Source: Camelus ferus
Taxonomy: Eukaryota
DNA: 60,000 bases
Assembly (NCBI RefSeq): GCF_009834535.1
Contig: NC_045696.1
Span: 92,072,001-92,132,000 of the forward strand
Direction of reading: 5' to 3'
The notes beneath the pieces were generated by a model. The model saw only the letters and a list, made by a program, of their open reading frames with translations. It was not told the DNA's origin and did not search any database. Positions 24,955 through 38,325 of this stretch are shown piece by piece; positions within the stretch are counted from its first letter, which is position 1; every line of letters begins with the position of its first letter. Both the position numbers and the translations under genes were made by a program.

Positions 24955-25720
24955 TACCCACAAAGTAGCCAGAGTGTTATTTTTTAAATGTTACTCACTC
25001 ACATCATCCCTCTGCTCAAAATCTTCCAATAGCTTTGATCTGATTTAGAATACAAATTGTCTACAAGGATCTACATGATTTGTGCCTCTAAGTGCCCTCC
25101 TCACCTCCTCTACACATTCCATCTCCACCACTTGGTTTCATCCACAATGGTCTCCTTGGTATTTCCCCAGCACATTAACCTCATTCCCAACACAAAGTCT
25201 TTGCATTTTGGGGCGACTCAGCCTGGAATGCTCCTCCTCTAGATATATCCTTGTTTCATAACCTTAGTACATTCTATTTTTGTTTGTTTGTTTGTTTTTA
25301 ATGAGGGGGAGCTAATTAGGTTTATTTATTTATTTATATTTGGAGGAGGTGCTGGGGATTGAACCCAGGACCTTGTGCATGCTAAGCATGCGCTCTACCA
25401 CTTGAGCTATACCCTCCCTCAACAGCCTTAGTACATTCTGGTTGCAAACATCTCTCTCAGAGAGGCTGATCTGGCCAAACTGGCACTTGCTTGTCATTGG
25501 ATGCCCTTTACCCTGCTTTACTTTCCTTCTTAGCATGTATTACCACCCAAAATATTATACAGTTATTCATTTATTTAATTATTATCTATCTCCCCTGACT
25601 AGAATGTAAGCACCAAGACATCAGGGGGCTTTACTTTTTAGTTCACTGTTGTATTCCCAGAACCTACAGCAGTGCCTGGAATATAGTAAGTGCTTAATAA
25701 GCAACTGTGGAATGCATGGA
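24955..25720 (+). mobile_element. L2 3' portion interrupted by a SINE
   Basis: 'ctctgctcaaaatcttccaatagc'; 'gactagaatgtaagc...gtgcctggaatatagtaagtgcttaataag'. Confidence 0.85.
25276..25425 (-). mobile_element. Camelid tRNA-derived SINE (Vic-1 type) with 14-bp TSD
   Basis: 'ggggattgaacccaggaccttgtgcatgctaagcatgcgctctaccacttgagctatac'; TSD ccttagtacattct at 25262-25275 and 25426-25439. Confidence 0.93.
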
Positions 25721-26147
25721 CAGATAGAAAGTTCAATGACAAGCTCAATCAAATGGAGATTTGATTGTTGAGGAATAGACCCTATTATTTAATAAAGGAG
25801 GCTTCACAAATAAATGGGATGAAAGAATTAGTCAATAAAGTTTACAGAGAAAGCTGAGTATCCTTTAAAAACAAAATGATGAATATAGATACTTGTCACC
25901 ATCATACAATTAACTAAATATGTGCCCAGATGGATTAAAAATGTGGATAATTTAGAGCAAATCACTTTTTTAAAATCCTAAAAATATAGCTGAATTTTCT
26001 CCTGATTTCTCATTGGGAAAGAACTTTCTAATCTAAAACACAGTAGAAAATAATAAATAAAAAGTCAGTACATTTGAATTCATAAACTGTTAATTTTCTT
26101 TAGCATATTTATTACTTAAGTTTTATTTATTTGTTGCTGCATTTCTC

Positions 26148-27045
26148 AAGGAAATGCAAATTAAAATCACAATGAAATACCACTATACATCTATTAAATG
26201 GCTAAAAAAAAACCCCAAAACAAACAACCCCCCCCTCCAAAAACACTGGCAATACCAAGGACCAGAAAAGATGTGGAGCAAAGGAAATTTTCATGCAGTC
26301 TTGGTAGGAATAGAAAATGTTAGAGCAATTTTGGAAAATAGTTCGGCAGTTTTCTTAGAAAGTTAAATATACACTCACCCTATAGCCCAGTGATTCCATT
26401 TTGACATATTTACCCAAGAGAAATAAAAATTTATGTTCAAATACTTGTATGTGAATGTTTATAGGAACTATATTCATTACTAACAAAAACTAGAAATAAC
26501 CCAAATGTCCTTCATGTCCTTCAGCTGGTATATGAATAAACAAAATATGGGATTCCACACATAGTACTCAGCAATAAAAAGGGAATGAGGTGGGAGAGGG
26601 CGTAGCTCAGTGGTAGAGTGCATGCTTAGCGTGAGCAAGGTCTTAGGTTCAATCCCCCAGTACCTCCACCAAAAAACAAAAACAAAGGAACAAAATACTG
26701 ACATATTCAGTAACATGGGTGAATATCTCAACACTTTATGCTAATTGAAAGAAGCCAGACTTAAAAGGCTATATTCTGTATGATTTCTTTATATGACATT
26801 CTGGAAAAAGCAAAACTATAGGAACAGGAAAAAGATGGGTGGTTGCCAGGGGCTAGAGGTGGGAGAAGGGTTGACTATAAAAGGGCCTGGGGAAATTTTT
26901 TGGAGGTGATGGAAATATTCTATAAACTGAGTGTGATGCTGGTTACCCTACTGTATATGTCTGTGAAAATCCATAGAAATGTATACTAAAAAGGATGAAT
27001 TTTACTATATGTAAAATATATCACAATAAACCTGACTTTTTAAAA
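26148..27045 (+). mobile_element. L1MC/MD-type 3' end with nested SINE
   Basis: 'gaaatgcaaattaaaatcacaatgaaataccac' and 'ggtgatggaaatattcta'. Confidence 0.85.
26589..26685 (+). mobile_element. Camelid tRNA-derived SINE (Vic-1 type)
   Basis: 'gtagctcagtggtagagtgcatgcttagc...ggttcaatccccagtacctcc' plus A-tail. Confidence 0.9.
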
Positions 27046-28139
27046 GAGGAGAAATTTAAAAAGCAAACTGGAAAATGTTTTTTAAAAAGTATGACAAAAT
27101 ATTTAGACTGTTTATAGGTAAATAATACAGAAAACTGATAAGAGAAACACTAGTCACTATATAACAAAAGAAAAAAATGTTCATTCTGACTAGTAATCAA
27201 CAAATAGAAATTAAAGCACATTGACAAATATTTTCCCCCTATTATTCTCTTCCTCCATCACCCCCCTCCCTTTTTTTTAAAGGTTAGTACAGAATGCTGG
27301 TTAACAGTGGGGAGGGATATATATGCTCACACGATTTTGGTAAAATTGTAAATTGTTTCAAATCTTCCTGGGAAGCAGTCTGGCAGATCTATATCAAGAG
27401 ATTAAGAAGTGTTCATAACTTTTATTTCAGGAATTTTACCTCTGAGAATCTGTCCTAAGGAAAGAAACCAAGTCACAAGAATCGTTTTATGCACAAAGAT
27501 GACTGGCAGAAATTATTTAAAGTAGCAAAAAGTTTGGAACAACCTAAGTGTCTATATTAAGGTAGTGGTCAAAAAGTTACCGTTTTTTCATGTGAAGAAA
27601 TAGTATACTGTAGCCATTGAGAAGAATGTTTTTGAAGAATTTTTAATAACAGAAAAAGTGCTTATGAAATAATGCTAACAATATAGAATAGTATAAAAAG
27701 TATCATCTCAACTGTCTAAAAATATTCATACATTAAAAAATTCAAGAAGACAGTTTGCTAGTATGTTGATCATAGTTATCTGGGGTTGCTGATTTTATTT
27801 TCTTTCTTATTGGCTTCTGCATTTTCTTAAAAATGCCCCTAAAGTGTTATTGTGAAAGAAGCATTCAAAGGTTAAGGGGACTCAGCAGACATCCCCAACT
27901 TTGGGTTCCAGACCACTGGTGTTACTGTTCCACAGAAGCATACCATCTTGAAAATCTACTATATTTATGGATTTTTTTTCTCCAAAAACCAAAAGTCATA
28001 ACATTTTGAAATAAAATAAACTATCACAATATTTGGGGTATATTTGAGATTTTCTTAGAAATTAAATTATGGCTTATTTATACTTCGGTAGTTAAAGTTC
28101 AAACTTTCAAATATGAGATTCAAGACTCTCTTAAGACTT

Positions 28140-28448
28140 CACTGTCCAATACGGTAGCCACTAGGCACATGGGCTATTGAGCACTTGAACTGTGGCCAGA
28201 ATTAACTGAGAGGTGCTGAAAGTATATACACACCAGATTTTCAAGACTTCAAATGAAAAAAAGAATATAAAATATATTGTTAATTTTTTATATTGATACA
28301 TGTTGAAGTTTCTTGTTGTATATGTAGGTTAAATAAAATGAATTATTAAAATTAATTTCACCCGTTTCTTTTTACTTTTTCAATGTAGTTACCAGAAAAT
28401 GTAAAGTTACATACATAGTTTGCATTATATTTCTATTGGGAAGAGTTG
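28140..28448. mobile_element. MER33 (hAT-Charlie)
   Basis: 'ctgtccaatacggtagccactaggcacatgggctattgagcacttgaa...attatatttctattgg'. Confidence 0.85.
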
Positions 28449-28669
28449 CTTTAAAATCCGTTCTGAGTCTAGTCTTTGAGCCTCATTTCCTCCCTCATGT
28501 TTGCCAGGAATTAATGATGTCGACCTCTCCTTCATTCCCATCATAAGATAAAATGCTATTAGTTGGTCACTTTTGTGCTGCTGTTTCCTCAGGCTGCAGT
28601 GCCTTTCTCCACCTTAATTTATGTTTAAATCCTTAGGCTCAACTAAAATGCTGCCATGTCAATGAAACT

Positions 28670-29205
28670 CTACATTAATTAGGGATCCTATTCAGCCCCA
28701 TGCAACAGAAACCAGTTAGATATCTCAATCAAATAGATATTTTTCTTTCCCTTGTATCCAGAGATGGGCAGTCCAGGACTGGTGCAGGAGCTCCTTGACA
28801 TCATCTTCCAGGAGCCATCTGCCTTTCTATTTTGTCATCATTAGTGTGGGGCTTTTTCATTCATGGTTACTTTCTAGTCACAAGATAGCTGCTCCACCTC
28901 CAGCCATAAATCTGCATTCCAGCAGGGAGAAGGAAAAAAAAGGTAACAAGGAGGAAGGGGGACATCTATAATCAGAAAGCAAACTTTTCCAGAAATCTTC
29001 GGCAGACTTTCACTTGTTTCTCTTTGGCCTGTATTGTTTCAGAGACCCCAGTTTGCAAGAGGGAGGAATTACAGCTCTTTTGGTTTTTGCTGTTGCTGTT
29101 GCTATTGCCCTTGTTGTTGGCTTTGGTTTTAATTTTTTGCTGGACACACTGCTGCAAGGATAGACGAGTAAAGAAAAGGGGATTCTAGTAGTCCCTGCCC
29201 ACATC
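28670..29205 (-). mobile_element. MaLR LTR (MLT1L-like)
   Basis: 'tcacaagatagctgctccacctccagccat...'. Confidence 0.65.
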
Positions 29206-30589
29206 TTTGATTTTAGTGGTCAAAATTTATTTCCCTGGATGGTGCTGGATAGACATGGGAAATTTTTTTTTTTTTTACTATTTTTGCTTCCTCCTTCCAG
29301 AGGGATTTTGTTTCTCCCATAAACAGTTTTCCTTCAGGCCAAGAATGCAATCGTTTATCACATTTTGGATTTTCTTAATTACCATCACATTCCAGTCTAG
29401 TCTCTGGGGCCTTTTTATTCACTGTGCAGATGCCTCGAGCCTAAGAGCTTTTCAGGGGCCTGAACATTTTAAACCTGAAAAAAATGTATTGGCTTCTAAA
29501 TGCAGAAAGAAAACAGTGATAGCAAAACTCATTAAATATTTAGTTAAGTGTCTCTGAAATATAGAGTTAGATTCACAATTAATTGTTAAATTTAGTATTC
29601 ACAAAAATGTTATTACATTTGAAATATACTTGCGGATTATGGTCTCACTTCCCTGACTATGCATACTGATTACACAGAAATCATAGCCAACCAAAAATTA
29701 AATGATTTACTCCTAGCTTTCCTGGACATTACAGCAGCCTCCCCACATCTTTCCAGCCAGATTATCACTCCAAACCTTTCACAGTACCCGAAATTCTGAG
29801 TGAGTGATTGAGTTGGGAATGGAGATATCTAAGACATTTGGGCCAGTGAAATATGAGTAGAAGTGGCCATCTCTCCCTGCTTCTTCTAGTTGTGAATAAG
29901 GAAGGATTTTGCCCTTATGACTGCGGACAGCCATCTATTTTGCAACCATAAAGAGACCTAAGGTTTAGGACAAAACCCACACTTGTAGTGTGCAGAACAA
30001 AGAAACAAACAAAGAGCTGGGCCCTTGAAAACATGGTAACTCAAATATGGTAACTCCACTAAATCAACAGTCCTGAAGTCTCTAACCTTCCTTGGGACTT
30101 CCAGGTGTGTGTGCCAGTGAAGCTCAGGGTTCTCTTTAATGCCAACTTCATTACAAACCAATGACATATTTAAGGTTTAAGAATCATGCAGATCTCTTTA
30201 TTTGTCAGACTCCTATGGGAGGATTTTGTAAGTCTCTTTAGAGTCCTCTAAACATTATAAATGAATCATCCTGTACATAATCATGTAACTTTTTTGTTCT
30301 CACTTGGCTAAAACTTGGACATCTTTCCATGTTGATACCTATGTTTCAATCTCGTTATTTCTGAAGGGTGAAATAATTGGCCTTCAGTACATACAGCCCA
30401 ACACAGCGGTACCTATTATTTGTGGCCAGTGTCAGTCTTCACTTGTCCTTGCCCATGCCGTACTGAGTAGTAAAGTATTCTGAAGACTAAAAACAAACAA
30501 AGACAAATGTACGGATCTCATAATCTCATCCCCTAGTTTATTTTAAGGACACTGAGGTTTATGGATGCAAGTAATTTACTCAAAGTTTG

Positions 30590-30960
30590 CTGTGTTTGTT
30601 TGCTAGGGCTGCCATAAGAAAATACCACAGACTGGGTGGCTTCAACAGAAACTTCTCATAGCTTTGGAGGCTGGAAGTTCAAAATCAAAGAGCCGGCAAG
30701 TCTGGTTTCTCTTGAAGCCTCTCTCTTTGACTTGCAGACACCTTACTGCTGTGTCCTCATGTGGCCTGTCCTCTGTGCTCACACACCTCTGGTGTGTTTC
30801 TGTGTGTCCTCAGAGAAGGACCCACCCTAATGGCCTCACTTTAACATAATCTCCTCTTTAGAGTCCAAATACAGTCACATTCTGAGGTTCTCAGGGTTGG
30901 GGCTCTAACATGTGAAGGGGTGTGTTGTGGGTGGTGGGTGGATGATTCAGTCCCTAACAA
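30590..30960 (-). mobile_element. MaLR LTR (MLT1A/MST-like)
   Basis: 'ctagggctgccataagaaaataccacagactgggtggctt...ggaggctggaagttcaaaatcaa'. Confidence 0.85.
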
Positions 30961-33269
30961 CTGCACTGTATTTTGCCACAATGTTGGAAGTGCTTTCTTA
31001 CTACAATGCTAGGAATAGTGAATTTCTGTGTAATATCTGTATGGATTATGGTGAAAATTTTTAGAAAGAATCAAAGAAGCACTTAGAAAGGGGTGGAAGT
31101 GGAGGTTCAGCAGCAGAACTGGAAGGAATACGGAGGCTCCAAAACGCCTGTCTGATGTGTCAGCTCTAGGACCCAGTTATACAGAGAGCACATTTTGATT
31201 TTATGATCCAGAAAAATGGAACATCTTCGCACTATCCAACAATAGAGGATTGACTGGGTAAATGATGGCCTATCCATCCACTTGGAAGACTATGCAGCCT
31301 TAACAATTATGAAGTAGGTACATGTATTTACATGAAGAGATCAGCATGATAATTTTTTTTTTAATTTAGAAGATCACACAACTGCACGGCATATCTTGGT
31401 TTTAAAACATGCATATATTACTAGCGGTATACACATTAGTGTATTAGTATTGGATACTTGGATTATGGAAAAAAATTTCTCTTTGATTATTCTTTTCTGA
31501 AAATTTAATAAACCTGGAAACTTTGTGTATTGAATGCTGATAAAGGTCTCTATGTCTAGGGACCAACAGTGGGGACCTTTTTTTTAGCCGATTAAGCTAG
31601 CAGGAATCAGCAGCAATGTAGACAAACTTTGGGCACAAAGACTGTAAACCAGCTGCTGCCCTAAGGGGTCTCCCTCCATTCAATACAGAATTCTTATTTT
31701 GGTAGGAATCATTTCTGCTTTTTCTTAGGGGCTTGGCACTCTGCCTCTCCTCTTCCTGCAGGAGGAAGTTCTTTTATTTGGTACTTCCACCTTTTCAGGT
31801 CATTATGGGGAGCAAAGCCCATCCCCCGTTGCCCGTTTCGGAGGCAGAGGCCAGGAGCTGCACAGGCCTGCAGCCTGTGTGGCGCGCAGCCAAGGCACAG
31901 GCGTGTGGAGCCTGCAGAACTAGTAACCACACGCATGCCTGGCCCGGCTGGGCTCCCTTCTCCACGTCCTAGTGAAATATCAGGCCCCAGCAGCGAGCCA
32001 CGTGGGTTGTTGCTGGGAAGTCTCTCTTTTCCTTGCCTGCTTCCCACCCTGAGCACATACCCTTGCCTCTGCACTAGCCTTATCGTTATCACGTGATCAG
32101 CACGCCAGCCTCACAATACACTGTTTCACCCACGCATCCAGTCTGGAGAAGGAGCAGGGAGGAAGCCGGGAGCAGATGAATTTTAGGCACTGGACAGACA
32201 CAGGCCTTCAGAGAAGGGCCTTGTACTTGGCTTATGGTTTGAAGCTTGCTGGAATTGTTTAATGACCATTTTCCACTAACTTTTACCTCCTGGAATTTTC
32301 CTCTTGGCAAGCTGAGGTTGGAAAGCAAGACATCACATGCCCAGGGTGGTGGAAGGGTGGTACTGGTGTGGATCTGAGGTTTCATCAGCCCTCCTGACCC
32401 CCATTTCCCCCTCAGAGCCTTGGCCCCTAACTCACCAGTACTAACCAGAGGAGAGAAGTGGCAGGGCGCTGGAAGGAGGGAACCCATGTTAAGAGTGAGT
32501 GTGAACTGGAAACTGGACAGGAGAGCTGCTGGCTTTGCATTTTTTACCCACTGCTCTAGGACAAGCAGGAGCCCTGAGAAGTAAAAACATGTGGCTTTTT
32601 ATTTTTTTCTTGGACCTTGGGAAACCAAGTGATAAAACAGCAGAGTAACCAATGAAACTCTCTCTGAAGCACTAATAAGGTTAATACTACTTGCATTAGT
32701 ATTCCTGGAGGAAGGTGCTATTTGATTATCAGTGCCTTCAGTGTTGCCATTTTTTCTTACAAAGAAGTAAAATACATGGAGGCAACAAAACAGATTAAGT
32801 AAATTTCCATGTGGGAGAAGTCTGAGCTCTCATGTGCTTTCAGTTATTTTAGTTTCTTGATTATATCAACTGATACTTCGCATCTTGTTTTCATAAGTGG
32901 ACAATGTCACAATTTATTTCTATTAGCAATTAGGAATTACAGTGTAAATGCCAGACCAGTAGTATAGAAATTAAGCACAGATTTGCCCTCAGGCAATTCC
33001 TTTTTATTGGTCAACAACATAGTGAGTAGTAAAGAAAAGACTGCTTGAAATATAATTAAGTGAATGGAAGCCATTGCCGTATGATTCTAACAGATTCTCT
33101 GAAGGAAAATAAATCTGTCGGCATCTATAGCAAACATTTATTTAATTTCCAGTCTCCTAACTGGGGCTAGGGACTCCACAGAAGGAAGAACATGCAGTCA
33201 ACACACATTTATTGAGTGACAGCTCTGCTCAGGATCCCGTTCTGATCACCTCCTATTCACCTAGTCGTT

Positions 33270-33742
33270 GAAGGAGGGATGCCTCACCCTATAAAGTAAG
33301 ATGGCCACACATATCCCACCTGACACTGAACAAATGAGACTGGCAGCAGTGTATTAGTCACACACACTCACAGCCTGTGGGAGGACATCACACACCATGT
33401 AGGGTCACTTGGGGGTTGCACTTGGGAGTCGAGTAAAAAAGCAGGGGGTGTGGGAGGCCGGTTTTGTATTAACCAGAGGGTAGAGTGACCCCTGGTTCCC
33501 ACAGGCGGATGTGATTGGCTTGTTTGAATAATTTCACAGGCTGGCAAGGGAGTAATATCCATGAGGTTGAGGACCAGGTGGAATTAAGCTGATCAGGCTA
33601 ATAGGAGAACTAGCCAAGGAGGGTGCCTTTACCACTGGGTGGGGGACGTGTCTGGCAAAAGCAAGAGAACCTAGGGTTAGACCTCTGGGGCCCTGTGAGG
33701 CTTGAAGATGTCAAAGCAGCACATGAAATTTTAGGCTTTACA
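33270..33742 (-). mobile_element. ERVL solo LTR (MER54/73/74-like) inserted within an L2 fragment
   Basis: Reverse strand begins 'tgtaaagcctaaaatttcatgtgctgctttgacatc', a TG start typical of this LTR group. Confidence 0.6.
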
Positions 33743-36329
33743 TTACAGATACAAAAGAAGAATAAGACTTGGTTCTTGACTACAGAGTCTGAATTCTCCA
33801 GGCTGGGGCAGGAGCAGGAGTTGGGAGTTGACAATAGTCAAACTATTGTAAAAGGTTCTGACTGTAAGCACGGGAGGACTTCTGAGCATATAGAGGAAAT
33901 TTAATACAATAATTGGAACAGGTAGACTTCATAAAAAACATGGAGCGTGGCTAGAACTTCAAAGATGGGTAAGAGGGATAGCTGGCAGAGCCAAATATGG
34001 GGGCATTTCAGAAGAGGAATGAGGTAAGAAAGTCCTTACTTATGTTTAAAGAACATTCAATTCATGTATTTGACACAGACTTATTGAGGAACTGCTTGGG
34101 GTACAGACAGTCCGGGATACAGGAAAAGAAAGAAGCTCTAAGGACACTGTGAGCCTTGCCTGTGGGGCTGTCTGGTCCAAGTTGGGGTGAATTATGTGAC
34201 AGTGGCATCCCAGGGAGGCATTCAGCCAGAGCCTACCATTCCCTGAGGGCCTCAAATACAGACTTCGGATATAGTCTCCAAGGAGGTAAAACTACCCCAG
34301 AAATATACCAATGGGGGAAAAATAAAGACGTTCAATTTGTAATTTTAATGGTTGTAAATACCTAAAAGATGACAAAATTTCAAAACCTTTTTCAGCATTT
34401 TAAAAATATACCAGGAGCCTTAAAAAAAAAAAAAATGGTAGCAGGTCTGGTGTTCCTCAAATTCAGAAAGGTCCTGCTAGCCAGATTGCTCTGGGTGGCC
34501 CGCATCCTGCCACGGTCTGGTTGGCTCCTCGGGGCCCACGTCTGGACGCCCTTCTCTTCAATCTGTGCTGAGCTTTCCCATCTCTGTGCCCTTGGAGAAC
34601 TCTGGGCTTGCTTTCTCCTGCAGAGCAGTGGGTACTTAATGGTCTAGCCAACTGAGCTACCCAGCATGTACAGGCCACCACAAACAAAGGCAGAAGCCTC
34701 TAAATTGCTGAAGGGAGCACTATGTTTTTCCCAGTACAGGGCAGTCATTTTCGGGTTGTCCAGTACGAGTGTGTACCCTCTAAGATATTTATCGGAGACT
34801 CATTTCACCTCTTGTACTTGGCAACCAAACACACAGATCCATACTAACATGTCCTCCGGTTTGCTCTAATTTCCTATCCTAAACACCCCTCTGAATGAGA
34901 AGATACAGGGGTGTTCTTTGACTGTAGGAAATTTGGAGTGACTTAACTTTCTCATTCTGAATGAACGACTATGTGCTTTGTGTCATCTCTTTGTGATACA
35001 CAGAACAGTTCATTGGGAAGAGATAAAGAGAAAGAAAGCTCCCATATCCTTAGGAATCAACAAAGACAACCATAAAAAACTTCAAGCATGGAACAGAGAG
35101 GGGAAAAAAACTTTCACGGATACAATTCTCCCACATGGCAGCACTGAATTCCAAAAGCTAGAGCACAAATAGCTAAAATTCTTATAACCAGAAATGATCT
35201 TGTCCCAGAAAAAAATGGCTGTATAAATATGAGGCCACAGAGTTCCAGCACAGCCAAATTAAGTTTGTTTTTGAGGGGCGGATGTGTGCAAACATCACAT
35301 TAGCCATTCTGAGAACGGTTTGCAGATTTTCAAGACAACCGTAACTGCTTTCACGATGACCCCATGGTTGATGATGTTCTTAGATCTGGACATCAGGAAA
35401 TCTTTAAGTATGTACTAGATCAGTCAGAAGGAAGCCACGGTGACCCTAAATGCGATTACGAGTTCAACTGACACCTTAGTAGGAAAACAAAATATCCAAA
35501 GTCTGTTAAAGACTCACTAAAGCATATAATGTCCTGGAACAGGGAATCATTGTACTGTACCTTCTTGCAGGAAGTGTAACATTTCAGATGTGTTCTTTCA
35601 GACTGGAGATTATTCAGAAGACGAGTGTATAAGAATCATGAGACTGAGATAAATGCCCACTTAAATCCTGAAGAAATGCTGATTTCATCTTGGCACTGTG
35701 GTTTTCTTTGGAAGCCTGAGTCGCTTTTGAACCAGAGGACGTGCTTAAAACCGACCAAAGGGGTTTTCACATGAAGTGGGGGGAGATATAAACGTGAGAT
35801 TAGAGGATCCCAGACTCTGAAGTGATGTGGGAGTTGCTGAAACACTAGTTGCTGCCCGGGATCTATTAGTGCTGCATCTCTGCTTCTGAACAGCCTGGAG
35901 AGTTTTGATCCATTCCACCCAACCCAGGAGGTACTGCGGTTTCCCTCTTCTCTCACACTCATAAAAATGTATTATCTGGAATCTAAGGGAGCTATATGAA
36001 AGAGTAGTTACATAAACAAACGCACACTTACTTCATTTCGAGAGTTCCTGAAGGTTCATTTGAAAATTAGTACTTGTATATCACACATGCACAAGAATAC
36101 ACAAGCACAAATTCATTGTTTAAATTAGAACATTACATTTGCTGAAATGCATTTGTTTGAAACCCAAATATCTTATTTATTTAATGGCCTACAAGTGGCT
36201 ACTTTAGTGTGTCTGATGAAAAATACAGGACCATACCTGAAAAAGCTTTCATCAGAAAAGAGCCCAGATTACTGATGTAGCATTACCCCCATGTGTATGT
36301 ATTTAAAGCACATAACTAGATACACTTTA

Positions 36330-36643
36330 ACCATTTTTTAATGAAAAATGTTTATTGAATAAGTAGAAGGGGCTCAAAACAAATAGAAATAAGTTAAGGG
36401 ACCTACAGGTATGATTCAAATACATTTTAAAAATCATCTATGTTCAATTCAGTTATTCAAAAAAGCTTATCTTTAAGTCAGTACTATTTAATTTTAATAT
36501 GGAAAAATATCAAATTTTGACAGCAGGTCTGAGTGAGAATGTGCAAATTATATACCATCACCATGGAGAGGACCCGGTGACCCTTGCATTTTATTTAGGT
36601 CAGTGTGGCCAACAGTGCCTGCTCTTCCTCCTCTATGCAAATA
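36330..36643 (-). other. Candidate terminal exon
   Basis: Acceptor tgttcttctctttacag| at 36644; short frame ICIEEEEQALLATLT* ending at 36595; AATAAA at 36596-36591 and 36356-36351; non-repeat AT-rich UTR-like sequence. Confidence 0.35.
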
Positions 36644-37209
36644 CTGTAAAGAGAAGAACACTGGGACCAGATGGGAGCTGGGGGTGGGGAGACTGAGAAG
36701 CCCAGCTGGGCCGGGAGTCAGGAAGGCCGGCCCCGGGAAGCCCACAGGCTTTCTGGGCCTTCTGCAGTGCGGCAGCCACAGAAAAGTGGTTTTGACATTG
36801 TCCGAGTGTCTGATGTGGCAGGGAGGGTCCACGTGGCTACCGCCTCCTCCCCGAGTTTCATGGGCGGACCACCGTATTACCCAAAGTGTGCACTCCCCAA
36901 GGGGTAGAAATAGAATTCGAGTTTTCTCAGAGGAGCACTATTTACGGTTATCTCACCTCCTGGATTTCTGTTTGGCCCCAGCTCCAGTCCTCCCTCTCTA
37001 CGGAATGATGCTGAGTGAGATTTCAACACTCCAGGCTGAGTCTGTGGTTTCTTCATGAGGCCCCTGGTCTGACGGAATAAAGGGCAAAGCCTTCAGCTTG
37101 ACATACAAGCCCCGCTGTGAGCCGGTCCCTGCCTTCAGCTCTGGCTGCAGAATCCACCGTGCATTTGCAGCTCCACAGTCTTCTACGAACGTCCTTTTCA
37201 GTTCCTTTT

Positions 37210-37570
37210 ATTTCTTTATAGAGGGATAATATGCATCAAGTTCCCTACTTACAGTGTACAACTTTAGGATTTTCATACGTGTCTGTCTCTGTAGGTAACT
37301 ACACCCAGATGAAGAAATAAAACACTCTCCCCATTCTCTAAGTTTCTCCCCGTCTCCTTTCCCAGTGTATACTCACCTCACCCACCATCCCAGGTTTTGC
37401 CTGTTTTTCAACTTTATATGAATAAAGCTATACAACTTGTATTGATTTTTGTCTTCTTTCAACATAAGTGTTTGTGAAAGTCATCCATGTTGTACATGTA
37501 TTTAGTTCATTTTTTCTGGCTGAATAGTATTCTACCATATGAGTGTATCATAATTAATCCATTGTTTTGC
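37210..37570 (-). mobile_element. Old L1M 3' fragment
   Basis: 'tcatccatgttgtac...tttttctggctgaatagtattctaccat'. Confidence 0.8.
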
Positions 37571-38074
37571 TTCTTCCCATTTCTCTTACAGCACATAACC
37601 TAGTAGAAGGTTTGAAGGAAAAGGCTCACAGAGGCCTAGACACTACCAGGGAGATGGTTTCCTGAGGTCTCAAGGGGACTCACTCCCAGTGAAGAGTCTG
37701 ATCTTGAACCTGCACTGTGAGATGATGCAGAGGGACCCGGAGCAACCACGTCCTCAGGACTCAGAAAGTCAGCACCCATTCATTCACCCATGAGTCAGCA
37801 CTCATATTCAGAATGAGAAATATGACCATCATATTCAGGTGGAGACATTTCTTACATTTTTAAAATGGTTATGTAATATTTATATAGCCTTTCTTCCAAG
37901 GAACTAGAAATACATTTAAATAACAAGCTGCCACAACATCCCGGAAAGTAGACTGTTGGAATTTACAAATGAAGAATTTGGGACAAATGGAAGAACTCAT
38001 GCTACCTAAGGCAAACTAAGGGGAAAAATGTCACCTTTAACCATACCTCTGCTTTGTTCTTCTTCAGTCCCAGA

Positions 38075-38325
38075 AGGCAGGGTTGTCAGATGGTTAAGAC
38101 TTTAGGCTCTGGGGCCAGAGGACGTGGGTTCAAATCTGTTCTCTGCTCCTACCTCTGTGAGCTGGGGCAAGTTACACGGCTTCTCCGTGCCTCAGCTATG
38201 CCACCTGGGAGAATGGGATGATAATATGAGTTCAGTGAGCTGATAGAGGCAGAGGGATTTGAACAATGCTGGCAGGTAGCAAGCAATTTTTAAAATGTTA
38301 AAAATGCCAGGTATTATTATTGTCT
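38075..38325 (+). mobile_element. MIR SINE
   Basis: 'gggttcaaatc...ggggcaagttacacggcttctccgtgcctcag'. Confidence 0.8.

Noticed and set aside
26589..26670. tRNA-like sequences with A and B boxes
   Set aside because: They have A-rich tails and, in some copies, TSDs, and recur in the window; these are SINEs rather than tRNA genes
35560..35780. + strand acceptor-like sites followed by a short open frame
   Set aside because: No convincing donor or recognisable peptide; likely chance
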